Positions 9,730-19,645 of a stretch of DNA of 50,828 bases are shown one piece after another. Position numbers and translations under genes: made by a program. Location of the stretch: NCBI GenBank assembly GCA_037444405.1, contig JBBIML010000021.1, forward strand, positions 1-50,828, in the 5' to 3' direction. The notes under the pieces were generated by a model that was given only the letters and a program-made list of their open reading frames with translations, had not been told where the DNA came from and made no database searches. The stretch's first letter is position 1. Each line of letters starts with the position of its first letter. The DNA comes from Armatimonadota bacterium (GTDB taxonomy: Bacteria; Armatimonadota; Fimbriimonadia; Fimbriimonadales; GBS-DC).

Positions 9730-10716
9730 CTACCCGTCGGGATAGCCATCGGGGTGTCGCAGGAACCAGCGGTAGGCGTGTTCGATCATGGTGGCGAGTT
9801 CGGGGTAGCGGGGTTGCCAGCCGAGTTCGCGCCGTGCCTTCTCGGCGGAAGCGACCAGCCGCACCGGGTCGCCCGCCCGCCGCGGCGCGTACCGAACAGG
9901 GATCGGCTTGCCCGCCACCTGCTCCGCCGTACGAATCACCTCCAGCACCGAGTAGCCCGTGCCGTTGCCGAGATTATAGACCGTGCTGGGCGCGCCGTCC
10001 CGCAACCGCTGTAACGCCAGATAGTGCGCCTCGCATAAGTCCATCACATGGATATAGTCGCGGATGCAGGTACCGTCGGGCGTGTCGTAATCGGTGCCGA
10101 AGACGGCGATCGCGTCGCGCTTGCCCATCGCAGCGAACAGCACCAGCGGGATCAGATGCTCCTCCGGGCGGTGATCCTCGCCGAGCTGACCGTCGGGGTC
10201 GGCGCCCGCCGCGTTGAAGTAGCGCAGAGCAATCGAGCGAATCCCGTACGCCTGACCGTACCAGCTTAGCATGCCCTCCATCACGCGCTTGGTCTCGCCG
10301 TAAGCGTTCGTGGGGTTCAGCGGATGCTCCTCCGGGATGGGCAGCTGCTGCGGCTCGCCATACACCGCTGCGGTGGACGAGAAGATAATCTGCTTCGCGC
10401 CGTGCGCCCGCATCGCCTCCAGCAGATGATAGCAGCCCAGCACATTGTTGGCGTAATATTTCGCCGGTTCGCGCATCGATTCGCCCGCGAAGATGAACGC
10501 CGCAAAGTGCATCACGCACTCAATCGGGTGGCGCCGAAAGACGCGGTTCAGCGATTCGGGGTCGTTCAGGTCGCCCTCTTCGACGATTCCGCCCACAATC
10601 GCCTGCCGGTGCCCTGTGGAGAAGTTATCCAGCACGACGACCTGCTCGCCCTTTTGCAGGAGCAGCTTCACCATATGCGAGCCGATATAGCCCGCCCCAC
10701 CAACGACGAGAACCAT
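9730..10716 (-). CDS. galE: UDP-glucose 4-epimerase
   Basis: GGAGYIGSH, FSSTAAVYG, YGETK, LRYFNAAGA, DGTCIRDYIHV; start placed at MVLVV. Confidence 0.95.
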   Translation of the reverse strand: MVLVVGGAGYIGSHMVKLLLQKGEQVVVLDNFSTGHRQAIVGGIVEEGDLNDPESLNRVFRRHPIECVMHFAAFIFAGESMREPAKYYANNVLGCYHLLEAMRAHGAKQIIFSSTAAVYGEPQQLPIPEEHPLNPTNAYGETKRVMEGMLSWYGQAYGIRSIALRYFNAAGADPDGQLGEDHRPEEHLIPLVLFAAMGKRDAIAVFGTDYDTPDGTCIRDYIHVMDLCEAHYLALQRLRDGAPSTVYNLGNGTGYSVLEVIRTAEQVAGKPIPVRYAPRRAGDPVRLVASAEKARRELGWQPRYPELATMIEHAYRWFLRHPDGYPDG

Positions 10717-10771
10717 GTTCAATAACAGCATACCCGACAGGTGCGGGGTATACTTCGGGCAGAGGTGAGAC

Positions 10772-11155
10772 ATGGGTAAAGAGGCGGTGTTGTCGCCCGA
10801 TGCGCCCGCGCCGATTGGTCCCTACTCGCAGGCGGTGCGCGTCGGCAACTGGGTGTTCCTGTCAGGGCAGATACCCGTCGATCCGAACACGGGCGAGATT
10901 GTACCGGGTGGCATCGAAGCGCAGACTCGTCAGGTTCTGCAGAATCTGCAGGCGGTGCTGACCGCGCTTGGCGCCAGCCTCGATAGCATCGTTAAGACCA
11001 CCATCTATATGACGGATCTGAGCGAGTTCGCGCAGATGAACGCGGTTTACGAGACCTACTTCCGCCCGCCCTATCCCGCGCGCGCAACGGTGCAGGTCGC
11101 CCAGCTGCCGCGCGAGGCACTGATTGAGATCGAAGCGATTGCCTGGATTGAGTGA
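10772..11155 (+). CDS. ridA: RidA family reactive-intermediate deaminase
   Basis: APAPIGPYSQA, SGQIP, PARATVQVAQLP, IEIEAIA. Confidence 0.92.
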   Translation: MGKEAVLSPDAPAPIGPYSQAVRVGNWVFLSGQIPVDPNTGEIVPGGIEAQTRQVLQNLQAVLTALGASLDSIVKTTIYMTDLSEFAQMNAVYETYFRPPYPARATVQVAQLPREALIEIEAIAWIE

Positions 11156-12627
11156 GAGCCATGCAAAAGATGCTGATAGGTGGACATCTGGTGGGGGCAG
11201 ACCAGTGGCTGGAGGTGCTGGACCCCTATCGGGGCGAGGTAATTGATCACATAGCGCGAGGCACGGCTGCCCATGTGGAGCAGGCGGTGAAGCTGGCTCG
11301 CTACGGCGCGGAGCAGATGCGACGGATGCCCCTGTCGCAGCGGGCAGCGATTTTGCGCCAGGTGGCGAACCTGCTGCAGCAGGAGCGGGTGTCGCTGGCA
11401 ACGCTGCTGGTGCAGGAGACGGGCAAGCGCATCAGCGAGGCGCGCGTGGAGGTGGAGCGCGCCATTATGCTGTTCGAGCTGGGCGCGGAGGCGTGCATGC
11501 ACCCGCGCGCCTATCAGTTCCCGCCCGAATCGTTCACCGACGGCGCGGCGCGGTTCGGCTTCTGGGGTCGCGAGCCGATGGGCGTCGTGGCAGCGATTCT
11601 GGCGTTCAACCTGCCGCTGGCGCACGCCGCGCAGAAGGTGGCGCCTGCGCTGGCAGCGGGGAATGCCGTCATTCTCAAACCGTCGCGCGAGGCGCCGCTG
11701 ACCTGCCTGCGACTGGGGCTGTTGCTCTATCGCGCAGGCGTGCCGCCCGAAGCGCTCAGCGTTATCACGGGCACAGGCGAGGAGGTCGGTCAGGCGCTCG
11801 CAGTCGAGCCCGAGATTGACCTGCTCCTGTTCACGGGCAGCCGTGAGGTCGGTCTCAGCCTGCCCGCGCTCGGCGGCGCCAAACGCATCGAGATGGAGCT
11901 GGACGCGATGAGCGCGCTCGTCGTCACGCCCTCCGCCGATCCCGAAGCCGTCGCCGAGCTGATTACCCAGAGCGGGTTCGCCCTCAGCGGTCAGACGCCC
12001 ACCGCCATCCAGCATGTGCTGGCGCACGAGAGCCTCTATGAGCCGTTGCTCCAGCATCTGGTGCCGAAAGTGGAGGCGCTGCGCCCCGGCGACCCGCTCG
12101 AAGAGACCACCACGCTCGCGCCCCTGATTAATTCAGGCGCAATCCAGCGCATCGAAGAGTGGGTGCAGGAGGCTCTTCAAAACGGCGCGACGGTGCTGAC
12201 AGGCGGCAGCAGCCAGTCGCCGTTCTACCTGCCAACCCTGTTGCAGAATGTGTCGAGCGAGATTCGTATCTATCGTGAAGCCGTGTTCGGTCCTGTGATT
12301 ATTTTGCAACCTTACTGCACGCTGGACGAGGCGATCGAACGCCTCAATCAGTTCGATATCGACCTCCACACCGCTATCTACACCTGCGAGCTGACGGAGG
12401 CGTTCACCTTCGCGCGGCGCGTGCGAGCGCTGAGCGTGCATATTAATGACCTGCCCGCGTTGCATTTAGACCCCATCGTGCGGCGCGACCTGCAGGAGCA
12501 TCACATGTGCTTTGAGGATATGCTCCAGCGCATCGAGCGCATGAGCGTGCCCAAGTATGTGGGCTTCGGCACCCTGCCTCTGGAACGCAGGGAACCACCA
12601 CACCCTCCCGAGCCGTCCAATCCCTGA
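11152..12627 (+). CDS. Aldehyde dehydrogenase superfamily protein with catalytic Cys replaced by Pro
   Basis: REPMGVVAAI.AFN.P, ALAAGNAVILKPS, FTGS, EAVFGP; catalytic loop reads SGQTPTA. Confidence 0.85.
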   Translation: MRAMQKMLIGGHLVGADQWLEVLDPYRGEVIDHIARGTAAHVEQAVKLARYGAEQMRRMPLSQRAAILRQVANLLQQERVSLATLLVQETGKRISEARVEVERAIMLFELGAEACMHPRAYQFPPESFTDGAARFGFWGREPMGVVAAILAFNLPLAHAAQKVAPALAAGNAVILKPSREAPLTCLRLGLLLYRAGVPPEALSVITGTGEEVGQALAVEPEIDLLLFTGSREVGLSLPALGGAKRIEMELDAMSALVVTPSADPEAVAELITQSGFALSGQTPTAIQHVLAHESLYEPLLQHLVPKVEALRPGDPLEETTTLAPLINSGAIQRIEEWVQEALQNGATVLTGGSSQSPFYLPTLLQNVSSEIRIYREAVFGPVIILQPYCTLDEAIERLNQFDIDLHTAIYTCELTEAFTFARRVRALSVHINDLPALHLDPIVRRDLQEHHMCFEDMLQRIERMSVPKYVGFGTLPLERREPPHPPEPSNP

Positions 12628-12699
12628 TAAACGGTAGCAATTGGGATATAATAGAGACGGCGACCGTGTTTCGCGCGGCGCATTGGAAGGAGGCAGAGC

Positions 12700-13908
12700 A
12701 TGCGACCATTCATAGCGGGATTATTGAGTGTGATGGCGGCGATGCTCCTGGCGCAAAGCGGCTGGCAGCCGCTGGGCGGGTGGGAGCTGATCGAACGGTT
12801 GGAGAATGTGAAGGTGATCCATGTCTTCCGCCCTGACAACCTCTTTCAGCCTGTGATTCCGCGCTGGCAGCCGGGCAGTCGCGGCGACTTTTCCCCTGCC
12901 GACCAGCTGCTTTACTACCGCTGGGCGACTTCGGGTCAATATTACGCCTATGACAGCGAGGGCAAAATCGCGCTGGACGATGTGCAGATTTATCCCTATC
13001 TGGATCCGAGCGGGCAGGGACGGTTCCGCGTCAGCCGCGTGGAGGTGATGGTCTACTTCCCGCGTGCAGGCTACTACACGATTCAGGGCTTCTGGACGGG
13101 CGCCGATAACGACTTTCCGCCCTATCCGAGCTTCGCGCCGCCGGCGACCTTCCTGCGAAGCAATGAGGGACCGCATAACCTCTATGTGCCGCAGGCAGGC
13201 GTGTGGCGGCTCGGCACGAACCCCGACCCGAACAACGAGGTGTTCACTGTACAGGCGGGTCAGCTGGGGCAGGATTTCGGCAACATGTTCGTGTTCTATC
13301 TCGGGTTGCGCGTCTCCAGCCCCGGCGCGTGGGTGTGCGGCAACCTGCCCGGCGACCCGAACTTCGACTACTTCATTCAGTACGAACCCGACAATCAGGA
13401 GGATGTGTATCAGTACTATGGTCTGGAGGGCGGCGTGCAGGCGACCTTCGGGCTGCGCATCTGGGGCGATGCCGCACCCGCCACCACTCTGCAGGGCGTT
13501 GTGAGCATCGACGGCTTTGTGGGCAGCTATGCGGGGCGTCAGGCGACCATCCGCATCCGACAGGGCAGCACCATCAACACCTACACCACCACCTTGAGCG
13601 ATTCGGGTATCTACTCGGTGCAGGTTCAAGAGCAGGGCGCTGCCGAAGTGCTGATGCAGGCGCCTCCGGGCTTAGCCCGCAAGGTGAGCCTGACCCTGAA
13701 CGGCACCACCACGCAGAACTTCACGCTCATCAACGGCGATGTGAACGGCGATAATGTAGTCGACGACGCCGATCTGCTACAGGTGCTGTTCGCCTTCGGG
13801 CAGACAGGTTCGAATCAGCCTGCGGATGTGAACGGCGACGCGGTGATTGACGACGCCGACCTGCTGATTGTGCTGTTCAACTTCGGGCAGGTCGGCGATA
13901 GCTTCTGA
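12700..13908 (+). CDS. Secreted protein with C-terminal dockerin-like (duplicated EF-hand-like) domain
   Basis: Signal peptide; GDVNGDNVVDDADLLQVLFAFG ... DVNGDAVIDDADLLIVLFNFG; AAGGAGG RBS. Confidence 0.75.
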   Translation: MRPFIAGLLSVMAAMLLAQSGWQPLGGWELIERLENVKVIHVFRPDNLFQPVIPRWQPGSRGDFSPADQLLYYRWATSGQYYAYDSEGKIALDDVQIYPYLDPSGQGRFRVSRVEVMVYFPRAGYYTIQGFWTGADNDFPPYPSFAPPATFLRSNEGPHNLYVPQAGVWRLGTNPDPNNEVFTVQAGQLGQDFGNMFVFYLGLRVSSPGAWVCGNLPGDPNFDYFIQYEPDNQEDVYQYYGLEGGVQATFGLRIWGDAAPATTLQGVVSIDGFVGSYAGRQATIRIRQGSTINTYTTTLSDSGIYSVQVQEQGAAEVLMQAPPGLARKVSLTLNGTTTQNFTLINGDVNGDNVVDDADLLQVLFAFGQTGSNQPADVNGDAVIDDADLLIVLFNFGQVGDSF

Positions 13909-13926
13909 TGGAAATGCGGGCGCTGG

Positions 13927-13949
13927 CGGGCAGGTTCAGAGCCTGCCCG
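13927..13949. terminator. Hairpin between convergent genes (putative bidirectional terminator)
   Basis: CGGGCAGG-N7-CCTGCCCG inverted repeat; no clear U-tract. Confidence 0.45.
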
Positions 13950-14972
13950 TCAGTTCACCTGCACCGTGATTCGGGCGGTGGCGGGCTTGCGCATGCCGTA
14001 CGGGTCGGCAATCGTGAGCCATACAGTGAAGGTGCCTTTCTTGGGGAATCGGCGGCGGATTACAGCCCCTTCACCGTCCACCACATTCGGATCGTCGCCG
14101 AAGCTCCAGCGGAAGACCACCGGGATCGTGCCCGACTCGCTGACGCCGTAGAAAATCAGCTCGTCGTTCGCTGCGATGACAATCTTGCTATCGCGGCGCG
14201 AGTCGAAGCTGAACCCGTAGCTGTTCTGCACATAGATATAGCCCTGCAGTGGCGTCTGCTCGGAGAGGGTGCGAATCTCGCCGACATAGAAGGTGGCGCT
14301 GCCATCGCCGAAGATGCCAATCCGCGCGATCTGCCCGTTCGTCTGCTTCAGCAGTGGGATGGCGTTCAGCGGCATGCTGACCGATTGCCAGCCCGATTCG
14401 TCGGCTCGCACGCCCTGCAGGGGCAGCAGGAAGTCGGTGCGTTTGCCGTCACTGGTCTCCAGCACGATGCGCAGCTGCTGGAGGGTGGGCGGCGCAGCGG
14501 TGGTTGTGCCGCCTCCGCCCGCAGGTGGCTGACCGCCCTCACCAATGTCGCCGCCGAGGCCGCCGCCACGCGGTCCGCCCGCGCCGCGCGGGGGACCACC
14601 TGGCGCGCCCAGACCGCCGCCGCGTGGCGGACCGCCCGGCGTGCCGCCGCCCGCCGCGACCGTCGCCGTGCCCGGAAAACGCAACACGAAGCGCAACACC
14701 TTATCGGGCGCATTCAAATCCGTGCGCAAATCCACAGGAGTGCTGAACTCGATCCAGCCGCCTGCAAAGTAGCCGCGTGTGGACAGCTTGATCGAACGGC
14801 TGCCCACAAAGGTGGTCTCCGCCGTCTCTTCAATCGTGCCGGAACCCCATGAGCGCAGGGCGATGCCCGCTTCCGGCGCGGGCAAGCCGCGATAGAGCGC
14901 CATGTCGGCAAACGCCGCCGCCAGCCCCGTCAGCGCCAGCCCCGTCAGCGCCATTCTGTAGATACCCATCAT
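13950..14972 (-). CDS. Secreted protein with beta-rich domain, Gly/Pro-rich insert and C-terminal PKD-like domain
   Basis: Signal peptide; WSFGD...GTFTVWLTIAD PKD-like pattern; GGPPRGG low-complexity segment. Confidence 0.65.
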   Translation of the reverse strand: MMGIYRMALTGLALTGLAAAFADMALYRGLPAPEAGIALRSWGSGTIEETAETTFVGSRSIKLSTRGYFAGGWIEFSTPVDLRTDLNAPDKVLRFVLRFPGTATVAAGGGTPGGPPRGGGLGAPGGPPRGAGGPRGGGLGGDIGEGGQPPAGGGGTTTAAPPTLQQLRIVLETSDGKRTDFLLPLQGVRADESGWQSVSMPLNAIPLLKQTNGQIARIGIFGDGSATFYVGEIRTLSEQTPLQGYIYVQNSYGFSFDSRRDSKIVIAANDELIFYGVSESGTIPVVFRWSFGDDPNVVDGEGAVIRRRFPKKGTFTVWLTIADPYGMRKPATARITVQVN

Positions 14973-15026
14973 CTCCGATCGCCTCCGTCACCATAAGTGT
15001 ACCCGCTCTATTAGACGCCCACAGGC

Positions 15027-17201
15027 TCACGCGCATCCGGCGCCGAAGCTGAACAACACCATCAACAGATCAGCGTCATCCACTACACCGTCCTCGTTCA
15101 CATCTTCAGGGAGACCCGAACCCGACTGACCAAATGCGAACAGCACTCTTAGCAGGTCGGCATCGTCCACACAACCGTCACCATCGATATCGCCCTGCAT
15201 CCGCCAGCGAGCCAGCACGACTGTCGCGTCATAACGCCCATAGGCGAAAAGCCGATCGCCGACTGGTGCAACAGCAACCGCCATAGTTCCCCTTCCGATT
15301 TCCTGGTCGTAGACTCGCCGCAGCGAACCTCCCGGTACTCCCCATATCTTGATTCCACGAAGCTGCCCTCCCACTGCTATCAAAGAGTTACTATCATTTG
15401 AGAAAGCGATACCAATTGCCGAATCTGCAAGAGTTTGGAGCAGCGCCCCGTCCGACACGCGCCACAGTCGAATCTCGCCTCCTGATGGGTCGGAGCCTGC
15501 ACCAGCCAGGTACTGTCCGTTGGGAGAAAAGGCAACCGAAGTCACGGGATAGGCATGGAAGAGAGATTGCACCATATTCCAATCGGAAGCACGCCAGATT
15601 CCGATTCTTCCAGAAGGCGGATTGGCGTCGTAAACACCATATCCTCCTGCCAGGAATTGTCCATCGGGTGAAAATGCAACAGAGTAAACAGGCGTCGCAA
15701 GGTCAATTGTCTGCACCAGGCTTCCGTCCGAGACGCGCCAGATGTAGATTTCCCCTCTTAATGGGCGAGCGCGCCAGTTCGCCGCTGCCACGAGTTGACC
15801 ATCTGGAGAAAAGGCGACACTGTTTGTGCCGCCGCCCGCGCTCGATGCCGCTACATACCAGGTCTGGAGCAGCTGACCGCTGCTGACCTGCCACAGTCGC
15901 ACCGTGAAATCCCGGCTCCCGGAGGCTATGAGCTGTCCATCTGGCGAAAAAGCGACCGCGAGAACCCAATCCTCATGCCCCCAGAAAGTGCGGATTAAAT
16001 CGCCATTTCCGGCATCCCACAGTCGCAGGGTGAAATCCATGCCGCAGGAGGCTAACCATGCGCTGTCAGGCGAGAAGGCAACCCCCAGCACAGCACCTGT
16101 ATGACCGCCCAGAGTGCGTAATAGCTGACCATCCGCGAATCGCCAGAGCCTGATGGTACGATCGCCGCTCCCGGACGCCAGGTATTGCCCGTCAGGCAGG
16201 AAGGTAACTGAGTAAACCGTGTCCGTATGTCCCGTAAGAGTGCGCACTAAACGCCCGTCCGACACCTGCCAGAGCCTGACTTCGCCCAGCCATCCTCCAT
16301 CCCAGTATCCGCTGCCTGAGGCTAAGTACTGACCATCCAGCGAGAAGGCGAGAGACTCTACCGTAAAAGTGTGCCCCGTCAGTGTGCGCACCAAGAGTCC
16401 GTCCGACACGCGCCAGAGCTTGATTGTGTAATCGTTTTCCCTTAAAACCGCATTACCGCCGCCGGAGGCTATTAGCTGCCCGTCAGGGGAGAAAGCGAGG
16501 GCTTGAACAAAGTATTCCTCCCCGGTTCCACCAATAATCGTTCGTATTAATCGTCCGTCTGACATGCGCCAGAGTTTAATAGTGCCATCACGACTGCCTG
16601 ACGCCACAAGTTGCCCATCGGGAGAGAAGGCGACGACAAGCACGGGCTTGTCATGTCCGGTAAGCGAGTAGATCAGCTGTCCGTCCGAAACGCGCCAGAC
16701 ATTAAGTTCGGCGCGGAAAGCAGCGCCAGCCTCATAGCCTCCACCCGCCACCAGATATTGTCCGTCGGGCGAAAAGGCGAGGGAGTGAATGGGGTCTCGA
16801 TGCTCTGCCAGATCCCGAATCCATCGCCCGTCCACAACACGCCACAACTTGATTGTTCGATCGCCGCCGCCTGAGGCTATCAGCTGCCCATCTGGTGAGA
16901 CAGCGACCGCACTGACATAATCGGTATGCCCTTCAAGCGTTCTGACCAATCGCCCGCTGGAACTGTCCCACATCTTGACGGTGCCATCGGTGCTCCCTGA
17001 GAGGAGATAATCGGCGGTTGGCACTGCGGCAACACTCGCCACGCTGCCACTATGCCCGCCAGCCATCCACACAATGTCGGGACGGCCCTGTGCCAGACCG
17101 ACCAGCACCGTTAGCAGCCCCGTTAGCCCCAGCACTGCTGCCCGAAGCCATGCTGCCTCTCTCTGCAGCATAATGTCCGACATCCGCCTCTTTGCTTGCA
17201 T
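15027..17201 (-). CDS. Secreted WD40-repeat protein (14 repeats, probable double beta-propeller) with C-terminal dockerin-like domain
   Basis: Repeated GH..V..VAFSPDGQ.LASG..D.T..LW units; GDIDGDGCVDDADLLRVLFAFG tail; GAGGAGG RBS; start uncertain (17201 or 17183). Confidence 0.88.
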   Translation of the reverse strand: MQAKRRMSDIMLQREAAWLRAAVLGLTGLLTVLVGLAQGRPDIVWMAGGHSGSVASVAAVPTADYLLSGSTDGTVKMWDSSSGRLVRTLEGHTDYVSAVAVSPDGQLIASGGGDRTIKLWRVVDGRWIRDLAEHRDPIHSLAFSPDGQYLVAGGGYEAGAAFRAELNVWRVSDGQLIYSLTGHDKPVLVVAFSPDGQLVASGSRDGTIKLWRMSDGRLIRTIIGGTGEEYFVQALAFSPDGQLIASGGGNAVLRENDYTIKLWRVSDGLLVRTLTGHTFTVESLAFSLDGQYLASGSGYWDGGWLGEVRLWQVSDGRLVRTLTGHTDTVYSVTFLPDGQYLASGSGDRTIRLWRFADGQLLRTLGGHTGAVLGVAFSPDSAWLASCGMDFTLRLWDAGNGDLIRTFWGHEDWVLAVAFSPDGQLIASGSRDFTVRLWQVSSGQLLQTWYVAASSAGGGTNSVAFSPDGQLVAAANWRARPLRGEIYIWRVSDGSLVQTIDLATPVYSVAFSPDGQFLAGGYGVYDANPPSGRIGIWRASDWNMVQSLFHAYPVTSVAFSPNGQYLAGAGSDPSGGEIRLWRVSDGALLQTLADSAIGIAFSNDSNSLIAVGGQLRGIKIWGVPGGSLRRVYDQEIGRGTMAVAVAPVGDRLFAYGRYDATVVLARWRMQGDIDGDGCVDDADLLRVLFAFGQSGSGLPEDVNEDGVVDDADLLMVLFSFGAGCA

Positions 17202-17230
17202 TGTTGATGCCCTCCTCACATAACTGCTCC

Positions 17231-17260
17231 ATTATAGCCCATCCAGTAGACCTCTGTCAA
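17231..17260 (-). promoter_or_regulatory. Consensus sigma70-type promoter for the WD40 gene
   Basis: TTGACA (17260-17255), 18-bp spacer, TATAAT (17236-17231) on the minus strand. Confidence 0.7.
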
Positions 17261-17414
17261 GGGGACGGAAAGGGTATTGATAGGTGCAAGACCCTGAACA
17301 GAGAGATGGTGTATAATAGAAGGACTGTCGGCAGCCGAAATGAGCGAAGCGGGGACAGTCGGGGGAACTGTTGTCAGTGAAATTGCGTATTCCCCCTTTG
17401 AGGAGGTTCATGGA

Positions 17415-18119
17415 ATGCGACATCCCAGACAGAGCGCCCGAACGGGCGGAACAGGCGATGCCAATCCGCTGGTGCCAGTCGCCGCTTTCGTTGCTGTGCT
17501 GGCTCTGATTGGCGCGGGTGGGTGGTGGGTCTGGCAATACAGTCAATCCCAGCGCCTGAACCTGCCCGTGTGCATGGGAGCCGCCTTCGATATCAGCCAG
17601 TCGATGCGCAAAGCCGAGAAGCAACGCGCAGTCGGCGTGCTGTTCACCCTGATCGATGAAGTGCTACCCGATCAGACACCGATGCGCCTCTGGGTCTACG
17701 CCGAACGCATCCACGAATCGCGCGAAGATAGACCTCGCTACTCGTCCGAGCTGAAGGAGTTCGCGCGGCGCAATATCACCGAGTCGATGGGTCAGTGGGG
17801 CACCTATCAAAAATTGCCCTTGCAGCAGATGCTGGACTACGCTCGCCGTCACCCGAACGAGAAGGTGGTGCTGTGCCTCTTCACCGACGGTGAGGACCAC
17901 ACCCCGAACGAGACCGCCCAGCTGGCGCACGAGATTAACACCCTGCCGAATGTGTGCGCCGTGCTGGTCGGTCCGCTGGAGGAGCAGTTCCGACTGGATT
18001 TCCGCCAGCGATTGAAGCCCCTTGAGGAGAGCGGCAAGCTCATTCTGTTCGGCATGAACGATGCCAGCCGCGCGGTGGACGATCTGAAACAGCGACTGGC
18101 GAAGGAGGCAGAACAGTAA
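17415..18119 (+). CDS. Membrane-anchored vWA domain protein with intact MIDAS
   Basis: N-terminal TM helix; DISQS (DxSxS), GT and FTDGE motifs; AGGAGG at 17401-17406. Confidence 0.8.
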   Translation: MRHPRQSARTGGTGDANPLVPVAAFVAVLALIGAGGWWVWQYSQSQRLNLPVCMGAAFDISQSMRKAEKQRAVGVLFTLIDEVLPDQTPMRLWVYAERIHESREDRPRYSSELKEFARRNITESMGQWGTYQKLPLQQMLDYARRHPNEKVVLCLFTDGEDHTPNETAQLAHEINTLPNVCAVLVGPLEEQFRLDFRQRLKPLEESGKLILFGMNDASRAVDDLKQRLAKEAEQ

Positions 18120-19642
18120 TGGATGAGCCGATTCGAAACGAGCCTTTGCTGCCAGGCGAGCAGGCAGCGGTGCAGATGCCCCCTGAAGCAGGCGAGCCAG
18201 CCGAACCCCAGCAGGAGCCGATGCAGGATGGCACGCCTGCAGCGCCCGACACAGCGCCTCCATCAACCCTGCATCCCGACCTCTATACGGAGACGGCGCC
18301 TTTCTTCCAGATACCCCTGCCGCCCCGAACCTACATGGATGTGCCCTACTACCCCAATCTCCACTCGGCGGAAACGGAGCAGGTCGTCCTTCGGTTCAGG
18401 GACTTTCTGCACTATGCGGGCTATGAGGCAGAAGCCATCAATCTCGAACAGCAGTATCGCACGCTGGTGAAGGCATCGGGCTATAGCTACGAGCGCCTGC
18501 GCCACGAGCTGGAGCCAGTGCGCCAGCAACTGGAGCAGCAGATTCGCGAGAGCGAGAAGCAGCTGGAGGCGAAGCGCATCGAGTTCATCGAGCAGATGGG
18601 TCGGGCGCGTCTGCCCCTGCCCGAAACAGCTCACCAGCGGCGTCGTCCAGCCCCGAAGACAGAACCCATCGCCATCTCGCCGCAACTGGTGGAGCAGGCG
18701 CTCACGCACGACTTCGCCACCGCCGACGAAATCTGCGGTCAGCATGGCGTCACACCAGCGGGTGTGAGAGAGACCTGGTGGACGCATGTCGGGCAGTGGC
18801 TGATGGAGCTGTTCGCGCCGCTCGTGGCAGGACTGCTGCTGGGTGTCAATATCGCGGTCATCACGGGATTCCTGAACCTCGAAGCCTTCCGCAAGGGTCA
18901 GCAGATGTGGCTGGTCGCGCTGGCGATGGTGATTGGCTTCTTTGCGGAGAAGCTGGTCGGCGCTGTGTGGTATCACCTGAGCAGTTCGCTGGCGCAGGCG
19001 AGCGAGCGTCCCTTGAACGAGGAGGGCGCGCGTCCCTTCCCCCGCCTGCGCACCGCCTTCTCCCTGCTCGGATTCGGGCTGCTGGCACTCTTGCTGGGCG
19101 CGGCGGTGATGACCGTCGACGCGCTCGGTCTGCGCATGCTGCACGAGCAGGCGATCCAGCAGGCGCAACTGCTCGGCACGAAAGCAGGCGAGCTGCTGCC
19201 GTTCTGGGTCTATCTGATTGCCGCGGGTGTTATCAGCCTGCCTTACCTGATCTATAAGGCGGTTATCGGCTGGCGGCAGGGCGAGCTACGCCTGCGCGAG
19301 TCCCGAATCGCCTACCTGCGCTGGAAGCATATCGAGGAGCGACGCAGCGAGCCAGAGGTTCAGGCGGCGTTCCGACTCGCCGAAGAGGTGGTCGGACTGG
19401 AGCAACGGCTGAACAGCCTGCGCGAGAAGCTCAAAGCGGTTCAGGAGCGGCTCGATTCGGCATACACGCACGCCGTCGGCTGCCAGCAGGAGTTCAAACG
19501 CTACTGGGACGAGCTGCTGAAACGGCTGGAGCGGGAGCCAGGTCGCGGGCGTGAGATTCCGTTCAATCGTCGCCTGTGGGGCGATGGTCAGCCACCCGAA
19601 ACGCTGCTCCGACGGCTAATACGCTCGTTCCGACGGGGCTAA
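18119..19642 (+). CDS. Hypothetical membrane protein, about 4 TM helices flanked by coiled coils
   Basis: Start overlaps vWA stop (TAATG); hydrophobic segments; EQ/KR-rich heptad regions. Confidence 0.75.
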   Translation: MDEPIRNEPLLPGEQAAVQMPPEAGEPAEPQQEPMQDGTPAAPDTAPPSTLHPDLYTETAPFFQIPLPPRTYMDVPYYPNLHSAETEQVVLRFRDFLHYAGYEAEAINLEQQYRTLVKASGYSYERLRHELEPVRQQLEQQIRESEKQLEAKRIEFIEQMGRARLPLPETAHQRRRPAPKTEPIAISPQLVEQALTHDFATADEICGQHGVTPAGVRETWWTHVGQWLMELFAPLVAGLLLGVNIAVITGFLNLEAFRKGQQMWLVALAMVIGFFAEKLVGAVWYHLSSSLAQASERPLNEEGARPFPRLRTAFSLLGFGLLALLLGAAVMTVDALGLRMLHEQAIQQAQLLGTKAGELLPFWVYLIAAGVISLPYLIYKAVIGWRQGELRLRESRIAYLRWKHIEERRSEPEVQAAFRLAEEVVGLEQRLNSLREKLKAVQERLDSAYTHAVGCQQEFKRYWDELLKRLEREPGRGREIPFNRRLWGDGQPPETLLRRLIRSFRRG

Positions 19643-19645
19643 ACG

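Noticed and set aside
14920..14953. 15-bp tandem duplication (ALTGL twice)
   Set aside because: Simple in-frame duplication within a signal peptide
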